Part shown: in pieces, positions 1 to 6,835 of the stretch
Numbering within the stretch: the stretch's first letter is position 1
Layout of the letters: the number at the start of each line of letters is the position of its first letter
From: a virus
Lineage: Duplodnaviria > Caudoviricetes
Virus record (IMG/VR): IMGVR_UViG_3300016467_000352
Span: 1-34,152 of that record
DNA length: 34,152 bases
Strand: one strand, 5' to 3'
The notes under the pieces: model-generated
What the model was told of the DNA's origin: nothing
Database searches by the model: none
What the model saw: only the letters and a program-made list of their open reading frames with translations
Position numbers and translations under genes: made by a program

Positions 1-63
1 ATCGCGGTCCAGTAAACCCGATTCCACGTATTCCAAAAGCTTGTTGGTGCATTCGCGTGACAT
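1..63 (-). CDS. N-terminal part of a small hypothetical phage early protein (runs off the window)
   Basis: ATG at 63 preceded by GAGGG SD; reads MSRECTNKLLEYVESGLLDRD with no stop before base 1. Confidence 0.6.
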   Translation of the reverse strand, partial: MSRECTNKLLEYVESGLLDRD

Positions 64-74
64 GGCGATATCCC

Positions 75-266
75 TCACAGGGTAACGTTAAAGGCTAGGT
101 TTTCTGAAATATGACCGTCGCGTGCCAGCATGTCGACAAAATCGACAAATTCGACACGCACATCGGCAGGATAGTCGCCATTAACTTTTTTCGGCTTATG
201 CCGTCCCTCCCATCCTTGCCAGAACGCACGCCGGACTTGTGCCTGATTCGTATACGTGTAGGACAT
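75..266 (-). CDS. hypothetical early protein (63 aa)
   Basis: ORF with GAGAGGG SD, co-directional with neighbours. Confidence 0.75.
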   Translation of the reverse strand: MSYTYTNQAQVRRAFWQGWEGRHKPKKVNGDYPADVRVEFVDFVDMLARDGHISENLAFNVTL

Positions 267-302
267 GGTATTTCCCTCTCTAGGTTAGGTGTTGCAGTGT
301 GA

Positions 303-338
303 ATCCCACTATGCCCGGATGAGCAGGCATAGCAGGAT
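303..338 (-). repeat. intergenic 15-bp hairpin, copy 1 (candidate mRNA processing site)
   Basis: Minus strand ATCCTGCTATGCCTG-CTCATC-CGGGCATAGTGGGAT pairs fully with 3 G-U; near-identical copy at 1023-1059. Confidence 0.75.
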
Positions 339-343
339 GCATA

Positions 344-988
344 CTACGCGACGGCGTGAAGCTTAACAGGCGCGTCCAGCTGTTCCCGTGTCCACGCATA
401 GGCGCGGACGTTATCGGCATTCAGCATTTCGAAACGCACCGGCATAACGACGGCCATACAGCTGTCGTTGATGCCGAAAACCGCCGGTCCTGTCCCGTTA
501 TAGCCTACTGAATAGGTCGGCGTGCCGTGCAGCATTGCCCCTAAATCCTTAGCGGCATCTGCCACCCGTTGCAGGTATTCAGCCTGGTAGCAGGACGGTT
601 CACCGGATACGGTTTCAGGAATGACGCGACGGTAGTCGGGGAATATGCCGTCGACCGGCTGAAAGATAAAAGCCTGTCCAGCGTAGTCTATGCGCGCTTC
701 CGTCCCGCCGCACTCGGATAATTCGATAGGCAGCGTATGCCCTTTTTTCTCATATGCGCTTTTGTGTTTGAGAATAGCCTGAACGGTCGCCAACGGGATA
801 ATTCCCTTCCACGTATGCGTATTCTCAGCCTGGGACCGATGCACGAGCAGCGTATGTCCGTCAGTTGCGACCAAGCGCGTTTCCGTCGCGGAAGCTTCCA
901 CGTATACGCCTACAAGATAATAGCGGACGTCCGCTTTAGCAGCGAAACGGGAAACAGCTTTAAGAGCGTCTTTCTGTATCGTAATCAT
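344..988 (-). CDS. DNA polymerase III beta-clamp-like protein (truncated, 214 aa)
   Basis: DnaN-like motifs DVRYYLVGVYVE, LVATDGHTL, DGIFPDYRRVIP, AVVMPVR. Confidence 0.85.
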   Translation of the reverse strand: MITIQKDALKAVSRFAAKADVRYYLVGVYVEASATETRLVATDGHTLLVHRSQAENTHTWKGIIPLATVQAILKHKSAYEKKGHTLPIELSECGGTEARIDYAGQAFIFQPVDGIFPDYRRVIPETVSGEPSCYQAEYLQRVADAAKDLGAMLHGTPTYSVGYNGTGPAVFGINDSCMAVVMPVRFEMLNADNVRAYAWTREQLDAPVKLHAVA

Positions 989-1022
989 AATTCCCTCCAG
1001 TTAGGTTTGATGCGTTAGCACG

Positions 1023-1059
1023 CATCCCACTATACCCGCAGTGCAGGTATAGCAGGATG
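1023..1059 (-). repeat. intergenic 17-bp hairpin, copy 2
   Basis: Minus strand CATCCTGCTATACCTGC-ACT-GCGGGTATAGTGGGATG; compensatory G-C to A-T change relative to copy 1. Confidence 0.75.
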
Positions 1060-1067
1060 GACACTAA

Positions 1068-1322
1068 CTAATCCCCATATGCCGTTTCAATTCTCTTATT
1101 ACAGTGAGCGCAACAAATATCATCCTCGTAATTAATGTCGACGCCTTCAGGTTTCCATCCATCCCGTAAACCGTTTTTATTGGCGCGTGCAATCTGCCGG
1201 TATTCAGACCGAGCGCAATCCATGCACAATCCCTCGCCGTCACTCATAACTAGATACATGGGATATCCTCCCGGCCATGCGTATTTGGTCCTGATTGCCT
1301 CTCGAAGCTCTAATGAATTCAT
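1068..1322 (-). CDS. hypothetical protein with two CxxC motifs (putative Zn-binding)
   Basis: YAWPGGYP..CMDC..CAHC; start at 1322 (GGGGA SD) preferred, 1334 possible. Confidence 0.8.
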   Translation of the reverse strand: MNSLELREAIRTKYAWPGGYPMYLVMSDGEGLCMDCARSEYRQIARANKNGLRDGWKPEGVDINYEDDICCAHCNKRIETAYGD

Positions 1323-1323
1323 G

Positions 1324-1572
1324 TTATTCCCCATGAATGTTAACGAACAGGATTTGATGAATGCCGGTAGAGCGCGGACGGATAGTTATGCTGCCGTCGT
1401 AGATGTCAGTGTCGCATTGCATGCCCGTCCAGCCTGCCCAAGCTTTAGCACGGCGGATTAACTCCCTATCCTTTATGGTAGGCTTAACGTCGTCATACTG
1501 ACGGCGCACCCATGCGTAATTAGGCTCGCCACCGAAAGTGTCGGTCAATTCATAATTCACGGTCATACCCAT
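1324..1572 (-). CDS. hypothetical early protein (82 aa)
   Basis: GGAGGG SD; ELTDTFGGEPNYAWVRR motif resembles small phage proteins. Confidence 0.8.
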   Translation of the reverse strand: MGMTVNYELTDTFGGEPNYAWVRRQYDDVKPTIKDRELIRRAKAWAGWTGMQCDTDIYDGSITIRPRSTGIHQILFVNIHGE

Positions 1573-1605
1573 GCTTCCCTCCGATTAGGTTAGGTTAGAT
1601 GCGGA

Positions 1606-1752
1606 TTAGCTATTCAGCCATTCGTCATAGGTTTTTATCTTCCAGCCCAAAGATTCAGCAGCTGCCAGGTATATCTGATACTCGGCATCGTTGGTGCCAC
1701 GGTATGCTGTTTGCCAATCGGCAGCAGGCAGAAGATTATCGTCGTCTCGCAT
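1606..1752 (-). CDS. small hypothetical protein, first gene of the leftward operon (48 aa)
   Basis: Not in ORF track; MRDDDNLLPAADWQTAYRGTNDAEYQIYLAAAESLGWKIKTYDEWLNS*, GAGGA SD. Confidence 0.75.
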   Translation of the reverse strand: MRDDDNLLPAADWQTAYRGTNDAEYQIYLAAAESLGWKIKTYDEWLNS

Positions 1753-1775
1753 GTCATCCTCTAGGTTAGGTTAGG

Positions 1776-2347
1776 TGTTAACTGCACTAACGTTGTTACT
1801 GTATCACTTCATTTGCTGTGCTTCTACTATATATCATAAGAGAATCGTGCCATACCATACTAAGTTATTGATTTAGTAGTATATGATTTTTGTAATGAAA
1901 TATAACGATAGTATTTATGCCGGATTATGAAAAGATAGAGGATAACGTATACCATATATACTATATAGAAAGTAATGTAACGTAACGTGTAAGTAGTTAC
2001 TGTTTATGACGGTCGGAGAACAAGGTAACTGAGAGTAACGTCTACTATTCCCGCTTATGGGCCTATAAGTTTTTTTTATGGCCTATGGTCGCCCTGTGAT
2101 GACTACCAGGGGACACTTGGGTCGCCGTGTCATGACAGCTGGCATGGTCTGGATGCCTGCCGTGATGCTGTCGGCATGGGTTTTGGACACCGTATGCGTT
2201 AGTTAGCACTGGCTCGCGTTAGTGGGCGCTTGCTGATGGACTTGGGCGGTGGGTGGGCGTGCCCCCCAACCATCCCCCCCCATAGAAAATTTCTACTTTC
2301 CTGTATTTTGTAGTTACACTGTTCTACTGTTTAACAAGGAGAACGGT
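1776..2347. promoter_or_regulatory. divergent control region between early and late operons (AT-rich left half)
   Basis: No convincing ORF; genes diverge on both sides; AT-rich 1790-2080, G/C runs at 2244-2281. Confidence 0.7.
1861..1873 (-). promoter_or_regulatory. IHF-binding consensus site
   Basis: Minus strand AATCAATAACTTA matches WATCAANNNNTTR; lies next to TGGCACG (1846-1852). Confidence 0.5.
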
Positions 2348-2557
2348 ATGAAAGTAGAAAAAGGTATTCCTGCACCTATTCCTCGTGAGGTTGTGGAGTA
2401 TCCGTATGATGATATGGAAGTAGGTGATAGTTTTTTTGTTGAAGGTGGCACACTGAATAAACTGTGTTACCAGAATAGGAAGGCAGGGATTAGGCTGGAT
2501 GCGAAGTTCACGGTGAGGAAGGTGGAGGGGGGTGTCAGGGTGTGGCGGTTGGCGTGA
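2348..2557 (+). CDS. small phage protein, possibly DNA-binding (69 aa)
   Basis: AAGGAG SD before ATG 2348; KGIP..YPYDDMEVGDSFFV..GVRVWR motif common in phages. Confidence 0.85.
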   Translation: MKVEKGIPAPIPREVVEYPYDDMEVGDSFFVEGGTLNKLCYQNRKAGIRLDAKFTVRKVEGGVRVWRLA

Positions 2558-2994
2558 GGATTACGCCTATAGACTTTGCCGAGGCCAATGCGTTTGTAGA
2601 GACTCGGCATCGTCATCATAAGCCTGTTGTTGGCTGCAAGTTCTGTTTAGCGGTGTCTGACGGTGATAAGGTTGTTGGTGTGGCTATCGTGGGTCGTCCG
2701 GTTGCTAGGCATCTGGATGATGGCTGGACGTTGGAGGTTAATCGCTGTTGCACTGACGGAACCAAGAATGCCTGCTCTATGCTTTACAGTCATGCTTGGA
2801 AAGCGGCTAAGGCTTTGGGTTACACACGGTTGATTACCTACACACTACCGGAAGAAGGCGGTGCAAGTTTGAAGGCGTCTAACTGGCGGCTTGTTGGTCT
2901 TAGGGGTGGTGGAAACTGGAATACCAAGACCAGACCGAGGATTGATACAGCAGCAGAGTTAAGGGGCCAGAAAATGTTGTGGGAAGCCGTATGA
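2554..2994 (+). CDS. XF1762-family protein (Mom-like GNAT-fold, putative DNA-modifying acyltransferase)
   Basis: ANAFV..HRHH.P..G.KF..GVAIVGRPVAR.LDDG.TLEVNR.CTDGT.NACS.LY..ITYTL..E.G.SLKA; GTGA overlap with upstream stop. Confidence 0.85.
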   Translation: MRITPIDFAEANAFVETRHRHHKPVVGCKFCLAVSDGDKVVGVAIVGRPVARHLDDGWTLEVNRCCTDGTKNACSMLYSHAWKAAKALGYTRLITYTLPEEGGASLKASNWRLVGLRGGGNWNTKTRPRIDTAAELRGQKMLWEAV

Positions 2995-3167
2995 ACGTCT
3001 TTGATGCCAAGAAGCGGTCTGAGGATATTCTGAAGGCCGTGGAGACAGATACGCCCGCTAAGATACGGCGGGCTATCAAGTTCTATGAGGGTTGTTTGGC
3101 GAGGAAGGATGATCCGTTCTTGCCGACATACCGGTTAGTCTTGCAGAAATTAAAGGGGATGCTGTGA
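2991..3167 (+). CDS. hypothetical protein (58 aa)
   Basis: ATGA/GTGA coupling to both neighbours. Confidence 0.7.
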   Translation: MNVFDAKKRSEDILKAVETDTPAKIRRAIKFYEGCLARKDDPFLPTYRLVLQKLKGML

Positions 3168-3400
3168 CGATATATCGTCCGGTTTCGATTATGGGGGTAA
3201 TGTTGTTTTATTACCTTCGTGTATCTAATGAACGGCACGCTATAAACCAGTTACAGGTAAGGCTTATATCTCCGTATTTCACAAAATACGATCAATGGTG
3301 CGAAAAAGAAAAAAAGATAAAAAATAAATGGGGTAACACTTATTTTGGATTTAACTGGAATAGGGATGAAGGTTTTAAATGGAAATGGATAGATACCTGA
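3164..3400 (+). CDS. hypothetical protein, AT-rich
   Basis: GTGA overlap, fills gap; clearly lower GC than neighbours. Confidence 0.55.
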   Translation: MTIYRPVSIMGVMLFYYLRVSNERHAINQLQVRLISPYFTKYDQWCEKEKKIKNKWGNTYFGFNWNRDEGFKWKWIDT

Positions 3401-3401
3401 C

Positions 3402-4157
3402 ATGAAGCCTACTATAGCTGTGGTGACGACGACTTCTGGACGTTCGCTGTCGCAACTGAAAGCCTCTCTGGAGAGCGTAGATAGCCAGACCAGGCATGTA
3501 GACGCGCATTACGTCCTTACGGACGCTATTGTGGAGCAGAACTGGGATAAGACTATCCAGAATCTGTGTGAGTCGTCTGGGGCGCTTTACTGCCGCTGGC
3601 CTACCAAGATTGGTGGTCCTGGGTGGGAGGCTCGTAGACTGCTGGCAGCGGTTGCGCCGTTGATTAACGAGGACGTTACGTTCTTCCTGAACGACGACGA
3701 CTGGTATAAGACGAATCACGTAGAAAGCCTCATGCAGGTCATAGAAGCGGGGTTTGACTGGGCGTATAGCTTCCGGTCTATCTATGATGAGGAAGCTAAA
3801 TTCCTGTTCGACGATATTTGCGAGAGTCTTGGAGAAGCCCACTGGTGCTGGAATATGCCGTGGTGCAACTTCGCAGAAACGTCTTCTCTGGCTATGCGGA
3901 CTTACTGTTACCGGCAACTGGCGCATGTGTATGACCAACCTGGGTATGGGATAGACCGGACGTTCTACGCGGCTGCCAAGAAGATGTATCCGAGGTTTGC
4001 GGGGTCAGGTCAGCACACGCTCTGCTTCCGGTTGGGAGGCAATGAGAGCAGTGTGCAACAGGGGTTCTTTGAACAAGGTAACGCTTGGATGAAGGAACGA
4101 TATGGAACTCGCATGCCGTGGATGCCTGAGCTGCCGGTGGAGCATCGGGACAACTAA
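3402..4157 (+). CDS. glycosyltransferase family 2 (GT-A fold)
   Basis: IAVVTTT..SLESVDSQT..HYVLTD..FFLNDDDWYKTNHVESL (DxD motif). Confidence 0.85.
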   Translation: MKPTIAVVTTTSGRSLSQLKASLESVDSQTRHVDAHYVLTDAIVEQNWDKTIQNLCESSGALYCRWPTKIGGPGWEARRLLAAVAPLINEDVTFFLNDDDWYKTNHVESLMQVIEAGFDWAYSFRSIYDEEAKFLFDDICESLGEAHWCWNMPWCNFAETSSLAMRTYCYRQLAHVYDQPGYGIDRTFYAAAKKMYPRFAGSGQHTLCFRLGGNESSVQQGFFEQGNAWMKERYGTRMPWMPELPVEHRDN

Positions 4158-4296
4158 AGGGTTGTGGTGCCAGAGATTCAGAAAGCCTGCTGCACGCCGT
4201 TGCGAATATTTCAGTTACGAACCGGGAACAGACGAAGATGAAGCTAGACCTGAGGCAGTTTTACAAATTCTGTTCCGAACTAAAGATCGAAACTAA
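4102..4296 (+). CDS. Cys-rich small protein (putative Zn-binding) overlapping GT2 and terL
   Basis: AAGGA SD; CRGCLSC..GLWC..RCEYFSYEPGTDE; spans the otherwise empty 4158-4237 gap. Confidence 0.55.
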   Translation: MELACRGCLSCRWSIGTTKGLWCQRFRKPAARRCEYFSYEPGTDEDEARPEAVLQILFRTKDRN

Positions 4297-6004
4297 AGAG
4301 CAGGGTCTTAGGAAGCTCGATACTCTGCTCGGCACGCAGACCTTTGCGATGAACGAAATAGCGCAAGGTCTGGACGAGGATATTCACCACTTCGTCATTC
4401 TGAAGGGCAGGCAGCTAGGCGTTACCACAATCAGTCTTGCCCTCGACCTGTATCAGCACTTTGTGCATTCAGGCTTGCAGGGCACGCTGGTGACAGATAC
4501 GGAAGAGAACCGGGAAATGTTCCGGTCTACCCTGTCTGCCTACATGGAAGGACTGCCGAAGGAATACCGCATCCCTCTGGTCGCCCATAACCGTAACCAA
4601 CTGACACTCCGGAATCGGAGTCGGATGGTCTACCAGGTGGCAGGGTTGCGCGCTAAGGGCAGTCTAGGTCGCGGTAAAGCGATCACTTACATGCACGCCA
4701 CGGAGACAAGCTCGTGGGGTGACGAGGAAGGTCTGGCGTCCCTGCTTGCCTCCCTTGCCGAGAAAAACCCGATGCGGCTCTACATCTTTGAATCCACTGC
4801 TCGCGGGTTCAATATGTTCCACGATATGTGGGTGACGGCTAAGAGAGCTAGAACGCAGAAGGCGATCTTCGTCGGCTGGTGGCTCAATCAGTTCTATACC
4901 GCAAAACAAGGCACCGACATTTATAAGGTGTATTGGGATGGCAAGCTAAGCCCCGAAGAGCGTGAATGGGTGCGCGACGTTAAGAAGCTTTACGGCCATG
5001 AGACTAACAGCGAGCAGATTGCGTGGTGGCGCTGGAAGCTGCATGAGGGCATCAAAGACGAAGGGCTGATGATGCAGGAATTCCCGCCCACGGAGGATTA
5101 CGCCTTCGTGATGAGCGGCACCAGCTTCTTTTCTACTGCCCGCTGCACGGATGCCATGAAGGTGTCCAAGAAGATCAACTACGACTGTTTCAGATTTAAC
5201 CTGGGGGCACGCTTTGAAGATACTGAGCTTACGAAAAGCACAGAAAGACTCGCAACCTTCCGCATCTGGGAATACCCGGTGCAGAACGGTTATTACGTTA
5301 TCGGTGCTGACCCTGCTTATGGCAGCAGTGATTGGAAAGACCGTTTCTGCATCCAAGTCTACCGGGCGTATGCGGACGGACTGGACCAAGTAGCCGAATT
5401 CTGCACGCACGAACTCAATACGTTCCAGTTTGCGTGGATTATCTGTTACATCGCTGGCGTCTACAAAAACAGCGTGCTTAACCTAGAAATCAATGGTCCA
5501 GGACAGGCCGTTCTCAACGAAATGCGGAACCTCAAGAGGATGGCGTCCGCGATGGGTGGCGCAGGCGGGAAGAGCCTCTATGACGTTCTAGGTCACATGC
5601 AGCATTACCTCTGGCGGCGTAACGACAGCTTAACGGGCGTGAGCAACAGTATCGGTTATCTCACGACCAGCAGCACCAAAGAGCGGATGCTGAACTACAT
5701 GAAAGACTACTTTGAACGCGGCATCATGCAGGTTTTCAGCAGTGAGCTTATCGAAGAAATGAAGTCAGTGGTCCGTGACGGCGGAACGATTGAAGCCTAT
5801 GGCCGTGGCAAGGATGACCGCGTGATGGCATCCGGTCTGGCTGCCGTGGCCTATGCCGAGCAAGTCCTGCCGAGACTGATTCAGACCAGAGTGACCCGCG
5901 AGACTAACCGCGCTGACGACGAGAAAACCGCAGAAGAGATTGCCTACGGGCGTTCCGTCACCAACTACCTGCGTAATTTGGGTATCACGCCTCCGCAACA
6001 ATGA
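4238..6004 (+). CDS. terL: terminase large subunit
   Basis: Walker A-like LKGRQLGVTT, Walker B-like YMHATE, ESTA coupling motif, nuclease YVIGADPA and GKDDRVMA. Confidence 0.95.
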   Translation: MKLDLRQFYKFCSELKIETKEQGLRKLDTLLGTQTFAMNEIAQGLDEDIHHFVILKGRQLGVTTISLALDLYQHFVHSGLQGTLVTDTEENREMFRSTLSAYMEGLPKEYRIPLVAHNRNQLTLRNRSRMVYQVAGLRAKGSLGRGKAITYMHATETSSWGDEEGLASLLASLAEKNPMRLYIFESTARGFNMFHDMWVTAKRARTQKAIFVGWWLNQFYTAKQGTDIYKVYWDGKLSPEEREWVRDVKKLYGHETNSEQIAWWRWKLHEGIKDEGLMMQEFPPTEDYAFVMSGTSFFSTARCTDAMKVSKKINYDCFRFNLGARFEDTELTKSTERLATFRIWEYPVQNGYYVIGADPAYGSSDWKDRFCIQVYRAYADGLDQVAEFCTHELNTFQFAWIICYIAGVYKNSVLNLEINGPGQAVLNEMRNLKRMASAMGGAGGKSLYDVLGHMQHYLWRRNDSLTGVSNSIGYLTTSSTKERMLNYMKDYFERGIMQVFSSELIEEMKSVVRDGGTIEAYGRGKDDRVMASGLAAVAYAEQVLPRLIQTRVTRETNRADDEKTAEEIAYGRSVTNYLRNLGITPPQQ

Positions 6005-6408
6005 AAGTATACGAACCGTTTACACGTAAAGAGTTATACGAACGTGCTAGACGTTTTATAGATGACAAGAATAAACACATTACAGTAAAACTGTTTTGTG
6101 AGCTTGTTGGTTGCTCTGTCGCGCACTTCCGCAATGTCTTTCTTTACCAGAAAGAATCTATGTCGGAGGACATGCAGAGGAAGGCCAGCCGAGCGTTCAG
6201 GCTTCTGGAAAACGGCGAAGTCGCGGGCAAGAGGGTGAATAGCCCCTACAAGCCGGACACGCTGGTGTTCCTGAAAAAGCCCGTTTACCGGGCGGGTAGG
6301 GCCATGCTGCTGGAATATGACGAGCAGAATGGGTTTAGCTTGAAGGCACGCATCATTAACAAAAATGCGTATAACATCCCGAAATTAGGCTTGACAGACA
6401 AAAAGTGA
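6001..6408 (+). CDS. hypothetical protein with HTH-like N-terminus
   Basis: ATGA overlap with terL; ITVKLFCELVGCSVAHFRNVF resembles an HTH. Confidence 0.75.
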   Translation: MKVYEPFTRKELYERARRFIDDKNKHITVKLFCELVGCSVAHFRNVFLYQKESMSEDMQRKASRAFRLLENGEVAGKRVNSPYKPDTLVFLKKPVYRAGRAMLLEYDEQNGFSLKARIINKNAYNIPKLGLTDKK

Positions 6409-6418
6409 GGTGTTAGAT

Positions 6419-6835
6419 ATGGGGCGCGTTGTAAAAGAGTGGAAGTGTGACGCACACGGATATTTCGAGTCTACGGAAGCGAAATGTCCTCATGGATGCA
6501 CTACCATTAACCAGGTGTTTCTGACGCCGGTTAAGGTAAAGTCTGATCGAACAAAGGGCAGTGACAAAACCCTTGAGCAACTGGCTATAGACTTTCACAT
6601 GAGCGACATTAAATCCGTGCGTGAGGGCGAGGCACAGCCTCCGCGACTGGCGAAGCAGGATAACAATCCCTTCGCGGTCCAGTGGGGTAGCCCGTCAGCC
6701 ATTTCCAACTACAACACGGGTTCCATTGCTGGTGAGAGCGTGAACGGGCTGTCTGCCTTCAAGCAGGCCCGTCCGGGTGGTCCTAAAACGGCCAGTTACA
6801 TTCAGGACCACGAAGGGCTTAAAATCAACAAATGA
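6419..6835 (+). CDS. zinc-ribbon-containing hypothetical protein
   Basis: GAGG SD; EWKCDAHGYFE..CPHGC. Confidence 0.8.
   Translation: MGRVVKEWKCDAHGYFESTEAKCPHGCTTINQVFLTPVKVKSDRTKGSDKTLEQLAIDFHMSDIKSVREGEAQPPRLAKQDNNPFAVQWGSPSAISNYNTGSIAGESVNGLSAFKQARPGGPKTASYIQDHEGLKINK

Noticed and set aside
303-1059. CRISPR or mini-array from the repeated hairpins
   Set aside because: Only two copies, separated by a whole gene; no cas genes.
1585-1775. TTAGG tandem repeats resembling arthropod telomere repeats
   Set aside because: Only 2-3 units, always adjacent to SD sequences; better explained as a leader motif.
6391-6420. Internal promoter with TTGACA
   Set aside because: The -10 candidate (TAGATA) is poor and overlaps the next start codon.
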